Source: Thermoplasmata archaeon (GTDB taxonomy: Archaea > Thermoplasmatota > Thermoplasmata > Lutacidiplasmatales > UBA184). Taken from it: DNA of 64,000 nucleotides. Below are positions 1-9,658 of the stretch, piece by piece (within the stretch, counting starts at the first letter, position 1; each line of letters starts with the position of its first letter). The notes beneath the pieces were generated by a model that ran no database searches, had not been told where the DNA came from, and saw nothing but the letters and a program-made list of their open reading frames with translations. A program made the position numbers and the translations under genes. Location of the stretch: the NCBI GenBank assembly GCA_049584655.1, contig JBAUYF010000001.1, positions 7,290 through 71,289 of the forward strand, given 5' to 3'.

Positions 1-69
1 TCGGATCTCGTCCGGGGAGAGGAACGCGAACTGTAGACTCTTGATCTTCTTGGAGAGACCTTGCGCCAT
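1..69 (-). CDS. rpoA1: DNA-directed RNA polymerase subunit A' (first 23 codons only; gene continues past the left edge)
   Basis: The reverse complement of 1-69 translates to MAQGLSKKIKSLQFAFLSPDEIR, the conserved N-terminus of archaeal RpoA'/Rpb1. It starts 9 nt after the rpoB stop, in the canonical rpoH-rpoB-rpoA' order. Confidence 0.75.
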   Translation of the reverse strand, partial: MAQGLSKKIKSLQFAFLSPDEIR

Positions 70-78
70 GGTGACCTC

Positions 79-3000
79 CTACCGCATCTCCTCGAGTTGG
101 AGCCGCATGATCACGCCGAGACTGACCAGTTCTTCGAGGAGCAGCTTGAAGGAGTAGCTCATTTCGACCGGATAGATCGACGAGGTGTTCCCACAACTCG
201 GACAGCGGAGCGAGCCCGCCCGCGTATCCGGGATCGCAATGTGGCCGCACTCAGAGTTCCCGCAGACATACTGGATCGTACCGTCGGACTCGTCCAGGAG
301 GCGGTCCTTGATGACCATCGCGACGCCGTGTCCGATGAGACAGTCGCGCTCCATTTCTCCGAAACGGAGTCCGCCTTGCCGCGACCGACCTTCGGTCGGC
401 TGGCGGGTGAGGATCTGAACCGGGCCACGGGAACGCATGTGCATCTTCCCGGCGACCATGTGGTGCAGTTTCTGATAGTAGATCACGCCGATGAAAACCT
501 CCGCCTCGAGTCGGCGGCCCGTCCGGCCATCGTAGAGGGTTTCGCGTCCCGAGGGATGGAATCCGAGCGCCTTCAAACCCTCCCGGATAGCTTCCTCTCG
601 TTCGCCGGAAAATGCGGTCCCATCGATCGTCCGACCCTCCAGGGCTCCGACCTTGCCGCCCAACATCTCGAGCACGTGAGCAACGGTCATGCGCGACGGA
701 ATCGCGTGGGGATTGATCAGCAGGTCCGGGGAGATCCCCTGGCGCGTGAACGGCATATCCTCCTGCGGCACGATCAGACCGATGACGCCTTTCTGACCGT
801 GGCGGGAAGCGAACTTGTCTCCCAATTCGGGAACGCGCTGGTTGCGGACTTTGACTTTGACGAGTTTGGAGATGTTCTCTCCTTCCGTAAGGATCACGTT
901 GTCGACCCATCCGGATTCGCCGAAACGAACGGTCACCGAAGTTTCGCGACGTTTCTGCGGGGTCAAGAGGTCGGTCTTCTCTTCGAGGAACCGCGGCGGA
1001 CTGGTCTTGCCGATCAGCACATCGCCTTCCGTCACCTCGAGTTCGGGGAAGATCAGACCGTCTTCGCCCAAGTTTCGATAGGCGGTGTCGACGCGTGCCC
1101 CAGCGACATCGGGTCGCGGGATCTCAAAGCGGTCCTCTTGACCGCCGGGATACTTCCGCTCCTCCCCCCGGTATGTCCGGAAGAAGGACGAGCGACCGAG
1201 CCCCCGGTCGATCGCGGCCTTCGAGAAGACCAACGCATCTTGCATGTTGTATCCCTCGTAGGAGAGAACGGCGACGACGAAGTTCTGTCCGGCCGGACGC
1301 TCGGTGAAGTGGACGTAGCGCATCGTCTGCGTGCGGAGCAGTGGCGCCTGCGGGTAGTGGAGTAAGTGGCCGCGCGTGTCCGGCCGCCGGCGGTAGTTGA
1401 CCGACTCGACACCCAGCGCTTGCTTGGCCATTCCCGAACCCATCGTGTTACGCGGCGTCGAATTGTGTTCCGGATATGGGATGAGCCCGGTACAGACCCC
1501 GAGCATCAAGTTCGGGTCGATCTCGAGATGCGTGTGGCGCTCGTTGAGTAGATTCTCCGAAGTGAACTCGGCGTGGCAGTGACCGCATTGAACGGTAGCA
1601 TGATCGCCTCGCTCACCCACCGAGACCCAGCGAACATCGCCGCGCGAGAGAGCGCGTTCACACTTCGGACACCGCTCGGGAGAATGATATCCGTCGACGG
1701 CGATGAGGGAATCCTCCTCCTCTTCCGCGTCAATCCATTCGACCTTGCCCTGACGAATCAGATCAGTGAAGGCAAGCGTCCCTCGGCCCAACTCATCGAG
1801 GTCGGAGCGCGTTACCTTCGGCACTCCACCTTTCACGACGATCAGGGGACGTCGGAGGCGACCGGGGTCGCAGTGAACGATGACTTCGTTCATTTCCTCG
1901 TCGTAGCGCACGTTGATTTCGTAGGTCTTGTCCTGCAAAGTCGGAGAAAGAGTACCCGCGCGCCGGCGATCGCGGATCTCCCGCACGAGGTCGAGCGGAT
2001 TGGAGTGCAGACCGATCAGGTTCCCGTTGACGTAGACGCGGGCGGCTCGCTTCCCTTTCGTCGCAGAAGAGTCCTGGAGTATCTCGGGTCCGATCTCGCG
2101 CGTGTTCAAGTCCCGTAGGATGAGTGTGACTTCCTCTTCATCCGCGCCTTCCGATACATCGACGCAGAGCGCGTAGTTCTTGACGAGGCCGCAGTTCTGC
2201 CCTTCGGGCGTTTCATTGGGACAGAGACGTCCCCATTGCGTAGGGTGTAGATCGCGTGCCTCGAAATGGGGCTGACTGCGGGTGAGTGGGCTCGTAACTC
2301 GGCGGAGGTGAGAGATCGCGGACATGTGGCTCGTTCGGTCGAGCACTTGGCTGACCCCGGCGCGGCCCCCCACCCAGTTGCCTGTTGCGAGGGCGTGCAC
2401 CAATCGCTGGGTGAGCAAGTCCGGTCGGATCGCGCTGGCGATCCGCAGATCCTTTTTCCGGGCGAACGAGCGCTCGAGTTGGTACTTGAGGTCCTTGAGG
2501 AGCAGGGAGAACGCGACGCGGAAGAGATCCTCCATCAAGTCGCCGGCGAGCTTGAGTCGCTTGTTCGCGTAGTGATCCTTGTCGTCCTCCCCCCGGACTT
2601 TAAGGTGAAGTTCGAGGACGGTACGGGCCATGCGGGCGAGATACAGGGCCTTCTTCAGCCGGTCCGTCTTGATGTCGCCGAGGTGCGGGAGGAGCGACCG
2701 ATCGAGAATCCCATCGACCTTGCGTTGCCGGTACTCCTTGGCCTGCCCCGTCGCGAACTTCTTCTCGAGATAAAGAAGCGCGTCTTCGGTGGTGAGGATC
2801 CCCTCGGGCGGGTACAGCTTCTTGGAAATGCACTCCTCCAGATTCACGTTGAGGAGGTGCTTCATCGTTTGGACGAACGGTTCGTCCAACGGAAGTAGCT
2901 CGCCGAGCACCGCCTGGAAGATCTCCTCGTCGTTCTTCATCCCGAGGGCCTTCATGAGAATGGCCAACGGGATCTGGCCGGACGCGGTCGGAACTGAGAC

Positions 3001-3753
3001 CTGCAGAATTCCGTCCTTCTTTTTCTCGACGACGGTCAAGGAGCGGTAGCCGCCGCGCTGGCTGAACACCTTCGCGCTCTCGATCGGAGTCCCGTACCGC
3101 TCGTTGTACTCCGCGAAGATCCGGTTCGGAGCCAAGTCCTCGAGACTGATGATCACGCGCTCGGTTCCGCCAATGATGCAGTACCCTCCGGGGTCGAGCG
3201 GGTCCTCGCCGTACTCCACCAGCTTGGCGCGATACTCCTCGGCCGAGAGCCCATAGTCCGAGTACTTCTCGATCGTACCCTTCTGCAAGTTGCAAGGGCG
3301 GCTCTTGACCATGATCGGTAGGTCGCCTATGTGGACGGTTTCGGGCGCGCGTTCGACTCCGTTTTCGACTACGGTGACGTTGAGGTAGATCGGCGCTTGG
3401 TACGTGAGGTTCCGCAGGCGAGCCTCCATCGGCGTCAAGGTCGGCTTGGATCCCACCGGTTCCTTGACGAAGGGTTGCCCGACGAGGATCGTCGGTTCGG
3501 CCGAGGGGCTCACAAGTCCGGTCCGTGGGTCGCGCCGTCGTCCGACACGCACGTAGATCGAGCTCTTGGTCTTCTGAACGTCCAGCCGGATGATGCCGCG
3601 CTCGCTGGAGTCCTCACTGACCCGAGCTTCGTCGACGATCCGCTGCATCCGAGAGTTCGGATTGTCGGAGGTCGGCAGAAAGTCGTTGAAGCTGGCCAGG
3701 TGATGGTTGACGATCGATCGCTCTCGGAAGAAGGCGTCTACGATTTCGCGCAT
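79..3753 (-). CDS. rpoB: DNA-directed RNA polymerase subunit B (unsplit B''+B', 1224 aa)
   Basis: 1224-aa ORF with Rpb2/RpoB signatures ([77 protein letters not shown]) and the C-terminal Cys4 clamp zinc motif (CGNSECGH...CPSCG). Confidence 0.97.
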   Translation of the reverse strand: MREIVDAFFRERSIVNHHLASFNDFLPTSDNPNSRMQRIVDEARVSEDSSERGIIRLDVQKTKSSIYVRVGRRRDPRTGLVSPSAEPTILVGQPFVKEPVGSKPTLTPMEARLRNLTYQAPIYLNVTVVENGVERAPETVHIGDLPIMVKSRPCNLQKGTIEKYSDYGLSAEEYRAKLVEYGEDPLDPGGYCIIGGTERVIISLEDLAPNRIFAEYNERYGTPIESAKVFSQRGGYRSLTVVEKKKDGILQVSVPTASGQIPLAILMKALGMKNDEEIFQAVLGELLPLDEPFVQTMKHLLNVNLEECISKKLYPPEGILTTEDALLYLEKKFATGQAKEYRQRKVDGILDRSLLPHLGDIKTDRLKKALYLARMARTVLELHLKVRGEDDKDHYANKRLKLAGDLMEDLFRVAFSLLLKDLKYQLERSFARKKDLRIASAIRPDLLTQRLVHALATGNWVGGRAGVSQVLDRTSHMSAISHLRRVTSPLTRSQPHFEARDLHPTQWGRLCPNETPEGQNCGLVKNYALCVDVSEGADEEEVTLILRDLNTREIGPEILQDSSATKGKRAARVYVNGNLIGLHSNPLDLVREIRDRRRAGTLSPTLQDKTYEINVRYDEEMNEVIVHCDPGRLRRPLIVVKGGVPKVTRSDLDELGRGTLAFTDLIRQGKVEWIDAEEEEDSLIAVDGYHSPERCPKCERALSRGDVRWVSVGERGDHATVQCGHCHAEFTSENLLNERHTHLEIDPNLMLGVCTGLIPYPEHNSTPRNTMGSGMAKQALGVESVNYRRRPDTRGHLLHYPQAPLLRTQTMRYVHFTERPAGQNFVVAVLSYEGYNMQDALVFSKAAIDRGLGRSSFFRTYRGEERKYPGGQEDRFEIPRPDVAGARVDTAYRNLGEDGLIFPELEVTEGDVLIGKTSPPRFLEEKTDLLTPQKRRETSVTVRFGESGWVDNVILTEGENISKLVKVKVRNQRVPELGDKFASRHGQKGVIGLIVPQEDMPFTRQGISPDLLINPHAIPSRMTVAHVLEMLGGKVGALEGRTIDGTAFSGEREEAIREGLKALGFHPSGRETLYDGRTGRRLEAEVFIGVIYYQKLHHMVAGKMHMRSRGPVQILTRQPTEGRSRQGGLRFGEMERDCLIGHGVAMVIKDRLLDESDGTIQYVCGNSECGHIAIPDTRAGSLRCPSCGNTSSIYPVEMSYSFKLLLEELVSLGVIMRLQLEEMR

Positions 3754-3762
3754 GGAATGGAA

Positions 3763-4104
3763 TTACTCTCCTACGGAAGGTATGACGACGCGATAGGCGA
3801 TCGCTTCGCCGGCCGTCTGGGACGGTCGTCGTATGCGGACCAGTCGACCGACCAAGAGCTCATGGGCTTCCTTCGCGGCGACGAACTTGGGATCGGTCTT
3901 GAGTCCGGGGTCCGAAAGGAGAATCTTGGGGAGGCGCTCGAGGGATGTCCCTAGGGTTTGGACCATTTCCGCGGTCTCGCTTTCCGAAAGGAGCTCGTGC
4001 GGCGGCACCAGATGATGCGCCACGAAGGGCCGTGGGGGTGCCGCATTCGCGGCGGCGGCGCCCTTCCCGGTGCGTTTCTTGGGCTTCGCTCGCGTGGGAC
4101 TCAT
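3763..4104 (-). CDS. rpoH: DNA-directed RNA polymerase subunit H (Rpb5 homolog) with a Lys/Ala/Pro-rich N-terminal tail
   Basis: The C-terminal part (HHLVPPHELLSESETAEMVQTLGTSLERLPKILLSDP...LVRIRRPS) matches RpoH, and it lies directly upstream of rpoB. I placed the start at the ATG at 4104 because the longer 143-aa frame reads through a tRNA gene. Confidence 0.85.
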   Translation of the reverse strand: MSPTRAKPKKRTGKGAAAANAAPPRPFVAHHLVPPHELLSESETAEMVQTLGTSLERLPKILLSDPGLKTDPKFVAAKEAHELLVGRLVRIRRPSQTAGEAIAYRVVIPSVGE

Positions 4105-4125
4105 GGTTGAACCTCGGGAAGGCCC

Positions 4126-4268
4126 CGGGCCCGGGGGGATGTCCGGAGAGGCTCCGACGCGTGCACGGAGCCTCCCGATCGAACCCCCGACCACCTGGTT
4201 AAAAGCCAGATGCTCTTTCTAGGGTCAACGGCAGAACCGTCCGACCAACCTAGCTGAGCTACGGGCCC
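4126..4268 (-). tRNA. tRNA-Lys(UUU) interrupted by two non-canonical introns (D-loop and T-loop)
   Basis: Hand-folded on the minus strand. Acceptor GGGCCCG/CGGGCCC plus discriminator G. D-stem GCTC...GAGC encloses 40 nt, where about 10 are expected. Anticodon stem TCTGG/CCAGG with loop CTTTTAA. T-stem GGGGG/CCCCC with loop TTCGA-[38 nt]-AT. Both inserts form strong hairpins (GGCTCCG...CGGAGCC in the T-loop insert). Confidence 0.8.
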
Positions 4269-4327
4269 GTAGCCGTTCCGGTTCGTCCGGACCCGAGCGC
4301 CGTATTTCAGGTTTCGCCTCGGCGGGC

Positions 4328-4651
4328 TCACTGAATACTCTCCAAACTCGAAATGATCGACCAGATGGCGGTGCGCCCATGCGTCGGAACATTCGGATCG
4401 TTCGCCAGGTCGTCGAGCACGTAGACCGCACTCGCGATCCGAACGTCGAGGGCGACTCGGGGTTTCGCGAGCTCGTCCTTCGCGCCTTGTGCGCCGCGGC
4501 GGACGTTGCGTGGGACGGATCCGTCCTCCGCGAGCTGTCCCAACGATTCGACGATCCGTTCTACGGCGTTCTTTCGTTCCTCAGTCTCGGGGAACGCAAC
4601 CGCAGGAGTGAGCGCGGCGGTGCCGCCGTTGGCAGCTGGCGCCGGGCTCAT
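4328..4651 (-). CDS. UPF0147-family small archaeal protein
   Basis: 107 aa carrying the family-typical string VPRNVRRGAQ...DVRIASAVYVLDDLANDPNVPTHGRTAIWSIISSLE. Its ATG overlaps the stop of the upstream gene (ATGA). Confidence 0.65.
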   Translation of the reverse strand: MSPAPAANGGTAALTPAVAFPETEERKNAVERIVESLGQLAEDGSVPRNVRRGAQGAKDELAKPRVALDVRIASAVYVLDDLANDPNVPTHGRTAIWSIISSLESIQ

Positions 4652-4989
4652 GTCCGGTGAGCCTCCCCGCCTTCCTTGTAGGCCGTTACGACGAGCAACG
4701 TCTTCGTTTCGCGGATGCCGCGAACCGTGGGCAGTCGGTGGAGGACGAACTCCTTGAGCTCTTCATAGTGGGGAAATCGGACCTTCAGAAAAATGTCGGT
4801 GTCGCCCGTGACGAGGAATACATCCTCGACCTCGGTGAACTTGCTGACTTCGGAGGCTACGGTATCCGCTTCGGAGGTCTCCACCTTGAGAGCGATCAGG
4901 GCCACGACCGATTCATCTCCCCAGACTTTGGTGAACGCGCTCTCGACGGCCCGGCTGACCGGCGCCTTGCCTGTAGTTGGTTTCTCCAT
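4648..4989 (-). CDS. Stand-alone Lrp/AsnC-type ligand-binding (RAM) domain protein
   Basis: The alpha/beta pattern VALIALKVE...VEDVFLVTGDTDIFLKVRFPHYEELKEFVLHRLPTVRGIRETKTLLV is typical of the AsnC_trans_reg domain. I chose the internal ATG at 4989 (MEKPTT...), which is preceded by a purine-rich AGAGGAAAC. Confidence 0.6.
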   Translation of the reverse strand: MEKPTTGKAPVSRAVESAFTKVWGDESVVALIALKVETSEADTVASEVSKFTEVEDVFLVTGDTDIFLKVRFPHYEELKEFVLHRLPTVRGIRETKTLLVVTAYKEGGEAHRT

Positions 4990-5056
4990 GTTTCCTCTTT
5001 GGAATGTACTAGTACAGAACCCTACGACGTGTGCGAATGCCCCGTGCCCATACCCA

Positions 5057-5338
5057 CTAGATGGCCGGAGCCGATTCAAACTCCTCTTGGAGGTCGTTGA
5101 TCACTTGGTCTATCACGGCCCCCGCGGACGGTCCCCGGTACTCCCGGACCCCACCCGCTTCGCTCGAGACGCGCGCCACAAGTTCGGCGCTTCCGCGGAG
5201 AAACTCGACACTACAGATGAGCTCTTCCATGAGAAGGATCGCGGCCCCCTGCGCGCAGCCGGCCGAAAATGGCCCTGTATATAGGCTTTGGCTTAGCTCG
5301 CGCGCGCGTTCGGCATTCGGGCGGATCCGACCGCTCAC
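5057..5338 (-). CDS. Hypothetical small protein (93 aa)
   Basis: The composition looks balanced and protein-like (…AVIDQVINDLQEEFESAPAI), unlike the R/S/P-rich overlapping + frame. It is on the same strand as, and just upstream of, the RAM-domain gene. I recognised no family. Confidence 0.3.
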   Translation of the reverse strand: MSGRIRPNAERARELSQSLYTGPFSAGCAQGAAILLMEELICSVEFLRGSAELVARVSSEAGGVREYRGPSAGAVIDQVINDLQEEFESAPAI

Positions 5339-5440
5339 ATTGCCCTCGTTGCACCTGAAAAGTCAGCGCGTCCTAGATTTCCGGCTCGGCCTGCCTCGCT
5401 CGAAATGCTTCGCGCTTAGCGTTATGAGCCCGGTTCCCTT

Positions 5441-5728
5441 TTGGAGGTCCGGGAAACTTTGTCCAAGCCAATCGGACAACCGGTGCGGGTGGAAGTTCGG
5501 GTCGAGCTGAAGCCCGGCATTTTGGACGCAGAGGCCGAAAGTATCCAAAAATCACTGAGTCTTCTCGGGATTCCTGCCGTGACCAAGGTCTCGACCGCGC
5601 GGGTGTACGACCTCGATTTTACAGGGGTCTCGGAAAGCGAAGCGCGTCGGCTCACGGCCGAGGCCGTCGATCGGTTGCTCGCGAACCCGGTGATTCATCG
5701 GGTCACCGTCCTCCCGTCCAAGGCGTAA
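5441..5728 (+). CDS. purS: Phosphoribosylformylglycinamidine synthase subunit PurS
   Basis: VRVEVRVELKPGILDAEAESIQKSLSLLGIPAVTKVSTARVYDLDF matches PurS, and it lies directly upstream of purL. The true start may be the in-frame GTG at 5483. Confidence 0.8.
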   Translation: MEVRETLSKPIGQPVRVEVRVELKPGILDAEAESIQKSLSLLGIPAVTKVSTARVYDLDFTGVSESEARRLTAEAVDRLLANPVIHRVTVLPSKA

Positions 5729-5733
5729 GGCCG

Positions 5734-8067
5734 ATGACTCGGGGCAAGCCGTCAAGCGAAATCGAGTGGGCCCCCGAAGCGCGTATCGTTCCGGTTCGGA
5801 ACGCGTCCCCGAAGGAACTGCTCGCCATATCGGCACGAGGGAGTTTGGGATTTGACCCGAGCGAGCTGGCCCGAATCCGTCGGTACTTTCGAGCAGCCAA
5901 GCGAGACCCTACTGACGTAGAGTTGGGTGGCCTCGCCCAAAGTTGGAGCGAGCACTGCAGCTACAAGAGCTCCCGTCCGATTCTACGACGCTACTTCGGT
6001 TCGCTCCATCCCCCGGGGAAAGTATTGGGTACGGGGGATGCGGGGGTCCTCCGATTTGAGGACGGCTACGCCTACGCGATCCGTATTGAGTCGCACAATC
6101 ACCCATCTGCGATCGAACCGTATGGCGGAGCCGCCACCGGTATCGGAGGAATTCTCCGCGACGTACTTGCGGTCGGTGCGAAACCCATTGCACTGGCGGA
6201 TCCGCTTTTCTTCGGGCCGCTCGACTCGCCTGCGGCCAGCGTTCCAAAGGGCGTCAAAAGTCCCCGCTACATCACGTCAGGAGTCGTCGCGGGTATTCGC
6301 GATTACGGCAATCGCGTGGGCGTTCCGACCGTGTCGGGTGGGGTCTACTTCGATCCGGCCTACCTTGTGAATCCACTCGTCAACGTGGGCTGCGTTGGAT
6401 TTCTTCCTCGGACTCGCTTGCGTCCGAATCGCGCTCAGCACGTCGGGGATCGGCTCGTGCTGGTCGGCGGTCACACGGGCCGGGATGGGATTGGTGGAGT
6501 AGCATTCGCTTCCCGCGAGTTGAGCGATCAGAGCGAAGCCGAATCGCGGGGAGCCGTTCAACTCGGCAATCCCATTCTGAAGGAACCCCTGATTCGCGCC
6601 TGCGTGGAAGCGTTCGATCGAGGACTCGTTGCGGCGCTCAAGGATTTGGGTGGCGGAGGCCTCGCCTCGGCATCGGGTGAACTGGTCCATGCGGGAGGCT
6701 TCGGTTCCCGCATCGAACTCGACCGAGTACCCCTTCGCGAGCCGGGGCTGGCCCCCTGGGAGGTTTGGATCTCGGAATCCCAGGAGCGGATGCTCTTGAA
6801 CGTCCGGCCGAAGCACCTCGAGGCCTTGCTGGACATCTTCCGGCGTTATGACGTACCGGCGACCGACGTGGGGGAAGTCACCCGGGGACCGCTGGAGGAG
6901 ATTCGATGGAATGGTCGATGCGTCGCCCAGCTGGACCTCGCATTTCGAGTGGATCCGCGTCCGGCCAAGCGAAGAGTCCAACGCCGGCCCAAACGCGTCA
7001 CGAAGTCGGCGAAGGTTGGGGATGGGCCGTTGAGTGAGCTGGTGGAACGATTGGTCCTCGCCCCAGATTCCGTTTCCCGCGAATCGATCATTCGGGTTTA
7101 CGATCATGAAGTTCAGGGTCGAACGGTCATCAAATCCCTGCACGGCCGCGTGACATCTCCCTCACACGGCGACGCGGCCGTCGTTCAGCCTCGCCTCGAG
7201 AGTTGGCAGGGTCTCGCGATCGCGACGGCGGCCCAACCTTGGGCGTGCCGCGAGGATCCTCATCTCGGAAGTGTCGCGGTCGTCGAGGAAGCCGCGCGCA
7301 ATCTGTACTCCGTTGGCGCGCGGCCCGATGCCTTCACCAATTGCCTCAACTTCGGCAACCCGGAAGATCCCAAGGTCATGGGCGATTTCTCCTCCGCGGT
7401 GCGGGGGCTTGCGGAAGGAGCTCGCGCGCTGGGACTCGCGGTCCCCTCGGGGAACGTAAGCTTTTACAACGGGGGCCTTGGGGCGGCGATTCCTCCCACG
7501 CCCGTTCTCATGGCCACCGGAATCGTGCCGGACATTCGGAGAGCGGTTACCTCGGACTTTAAGGAAGAGGAAAACCCGATCTATCTCGTGGGAAAGTCAT
7601 CCCCCTCCATGGGAGGTTCCCTGTGGGCCCGACTCGCGGGTTTGCGCGGCCTAGCGCTTCCTCCCGTGGACCCGAGGGGTCTTCGGCGACTCGGAGAAAA
7701 ACTCCTGACGGCAGGACAAACCGGGGTGCTTCGCGCGACCCACGACGTTTCTGACGGGGGGCTAGCGGTTACCTTATGCGAGATGGCCTTCGGAGGCGAA
7801 CTCGGATTTAGTGTGGATCTGGCCGGAACCGGCCTCGCGACCCCCCAAGAAGCGTTGGTCGCCGAAGGGAGTTCTCGTTTTGTCGTCGAAGTGACCGGTA
7901 GAGAGGAATCCCGCTTCACTCAACTGTTTCGGCGGACGCCTCACGTGCGGCTGGGGCAGGTTACGCGACGCCGATCTGGGGTCTTAAATTGGAAGCAGGC
8001 ACCTGTCGAAGAGTTAGAGCTCGCGTCCCTCTACGAGCGTTGGCGCGCCGGGCTCGAAATCTCGTAG
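5734..8067 (+). CDS. purL: Phosphoribosylformylglycinamidine synthase II
   Basis: 777 aa with the PurL motifs LAQSWSEHCSYKSS, IESHNHPSAIEPYGGAATGIGGILRD and the duplicated AIR-synthase-like domains. Confidence 0.95.
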   Translation: MTRGKPSSEIEWAPEARIVPVRNASPKELLAISARGSLGFDPSELARIRRYFRAAKRDPTDVELGGLAQSWSEHCSYKSSRPILRRYFGSLHPPGKVLGTGDAGVLRFEDGYAYAIRIESHNHPSAIEPYGGAATGIGGILRDVLAVGAKPIALADPLFFGPLDSPAASVPKGVKSPRYITSGVVAGIRDYGNRVGVPTVSGGVYFDPAYLVNPLVNVGCVGFLPRTRLRPNRAQHVGDRLVLVGGHTGRDGIGGVAFASRELSDQSEAESRGAVQLGNPILKEPLIRACVEAFDRGLVAALKDLGGGGLASASGELVHAGGFGSRIELDRVPLREPGLAPWEVWISESQERMLLNVRPKHLEALLDIFRRYDVPATDVGEVTRGPLEEIRWNGRCVAQLDLAFRVDPRPAKRRVQRRPKRVTKSAKVGDGPLSELVERLVLAPDSVSRESIIRVYDHEVQGRTVIKSLHGRVTSPSHGDAAVVQPRLESWQGLAIATAAQPWACREDPHLGSVAVVEEAARNLYSVGARPDAFTNCLNFGNPEDPKVMGDFSSAVRGLAEGARALGLAVPSGNVSFYNGGLGAAIPPTPVLMATGIVPDIRRAVTSDFKEEENPIYLVGKSSPSMGGSLWARLAGLRGLALPPVDPRGLRRLGEKLLTAGQTGVLRATHDVSDGGLAVTLCEMAFGGELGFSVDLAGTGLATPQEALVAEGSSRFVVEVTGREESRFTQLFRRTPHVRLGQVTRRRSGVLNWKQAPVEELELASLYERWRAGLEIS

Positions 8068-8076
8068 GAGGGCCGC

Positions 8077-8808
8077 GTGACCTCCACGGCGCTCGTCTCA
8101 GGGGGCAAGGATTCGATCTACTCGGCCTTTCTCGCAGAAACGCAAGGCTGGGTCATCGACGAACTCCTGACGATCGCCCCAGAAGACCGCGACTCGATGC
8201 TCTTCCACACCCCCAACCTTCGGTGGGTCGCATTGCAGGCGGAGGCGTGGGGCAAAATTCACCGGACGGTTCCCGCCACGGGAGCGGGCGAGGACGAGGA
8301 GTCGAAAACTCTCGAACGCGCTCTCTCGGGGTCCAAGGGGTTGGTGGTAGCGGGCGCGATCCAATCGTCGTACCAATGGGCCCGGCTTCATCGGGTCTGT
8401 TATCAGCTCGGGCGACGACTCTACACTCCGTTGTGGGGGAAAGAACCGGGAATCGTCGTGCGCGCCGAGATCGACGCCGGGCTCGACATTCGCCTCGTGC
8501 ACCTGGCCGCCGAGTCACTGGACCCCCGCCTGATCGGAAAACAATTGGACCCGTTGCTGTTGGAAGAGTTGGAACGCCGGAGCCGCGAGATACGTCGACT
8601 GAACGTGGCGGGTGAGGGGGGGGAGTTCGAGACCCTCGTGGTCGACGCGCCGTTCTTTCGAAGGAAGCTCGTGATTGACGAGGCGGAGGTGACCGAGCGC
8701 GGCGATACCACGCGTCTGACCGTGCGTCGCGCGCATCTCGAGCCGAAGCGTCCGGTGGAAGGCGCAGATCGCGAGAGTGAATCTTATCCCCTTCCCAGCT
8801 CCGTGTAA
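8077..8808 (+). CDS. Diphthine-ammonia ligase-like PP-loop ATPase (MJ0570/DUF71 family)
   Basis: N-terminal PP-loop ALVSGGKDS and the motif GEGGEFETLVVDAPFF typical of the Dph6/MJ0570 family. Confidence 0.75.
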   Translation: MTSTALVSGGKDSIYSAFLAETQGWVIDELLTIAPEDRDSMLFHTPNLRWVALQAEAWGKIHRTVPATGAGEDEESKTLERALSGSKGLVVAGAIQSSYQWARLHRVCYQLGRRLYTPLWGKEPGIVVRAEIDAGLDIRLVHLAAESLDPRLIGKQLDPLLLEELERRSREIRRLNVAGEGGEFETLVVDAPFFRRKLVIDEAEVTERGDTTRLTVRRAHLEPKRPVEGADRESESYPLPSSV

Positions 8809-8813
8809 AAATC

Positions 8814-9569
8814 GTGCCGAAGACCACCTCGCAGGTTTCGGGAGTCGAGAAGGCTCGCGCGGCGCTAGGCGATCGCCGCGCCGGCCCGAATCTCAACTGG
8901 CTTCGGGCGCTCCTCCCGGAATTTTCGGAAAGGCGCATCATCCAGACGCTCAACGAAACCCGGAACTTGGTTCCGCTCGAACGTACGATCCGGGAGCGCC
9001 ACCGGGGAGGAGGCCGCGCCTTTTACGCACAGTTCCGAGCGCCGTTCGAATTGTACGCGTTGGTGCGACTGCTGAAGCCAGACCATGTGGTGGAGACCGG
9101 CGTTTCGTCCGGCGTCTCCTCCGCCCATTTTCTGACGGCGCTGCGACGGAATGGACACGGAACCCTCCACTCAATCGATCGACCGCTGATCCAACGTGCT
9201 CCGAAACTTCGACCCGGTGACTCGCCGGTGAGCGTTCCTCCTGGTCGATCGTCCGGGTGGGCCCTACCGGATGAGTTACGGGAAGGGTGGGACCTTCGAC
9301 TCGGTTCGAGCCAAGAGCGACTTCCGGAAGTCGTTTACGATATTCCATCGCTCGGAATCTTCCTTCATGATAGTCTTCACACGCCTCGCCATCTAACGTT
9401 CGAACTCTCCACCGTGGCGCCGAAACTAGTTGGAGGCGCCGTCGTTCTAGCGGACAATACGGCGTGGACGGGCTATGCTTTTGGCCGATTCGCCCGGCGC
9501 CTTGGTGTCCGAACGCATCGACGAGGACGTTCGGATCTCGTCGGCTTGCGGATGCCGCCCTCGGCATAG
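8814..9569 (+). CDS. Class I SAM-dependent methyltransferase
   Basis: Rossmann motif I-like [16 protein letters not shown] followed by GTLHSIDRP, with overall O-methyltransferase/Methyltransf_24-like spacing. Confidence 0.55.
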   Translation: MPKTTSQVSGVEKARAALGDRRAGPNLNWLRALLPEFSERRIIQTLNETRNLVPLERTIRERHRGGGRAFYAQFRAPFELYALVRLLKPDHVVETGVSSGVSSAHFLTALRRNGHGTLHSIDRPLIQRAPKLRPGDSPVSVPPGRSSGWALPDELREGWDLRLGSSQERLPEVVYDIPSLGIFLHDSLHTPRHLTFELSTVAPKLVGGAVVLADNTAWTGYAFGRFARRLGVRTHRRGRSDLVGLRMPPSA

Positions 9570-9658
9570 TCGGCGACCTTATCCCACGCCACGTTTTTGG
9601 GGCCCTGATGGCGGCGAGCCGATCTGACCGGCCGCGTGCTTCGGGTGTGAGGTCGCGA

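Noticed and set aside
61-1365. 434-aa plus-strand ORF
   Set aside because: It lies entirely antisense to rpoB, which has unambiguous RpoB motifs on the minus strand. The translation is R/G/D/H-rich with no recognisable domain, a typical stop-free antisense frame in GC-rich DNA.
3763-4194. Full 143-aa version of the rpoH frame, plus the overlapping small ORFs 4101-4331 and 3945-4202
   Set aside because: The upstream 30 codons and the small ORFs run through the tRNA-Lys gene (4126-4268). The internal ATG at 4104 gives a sensible RpoH.
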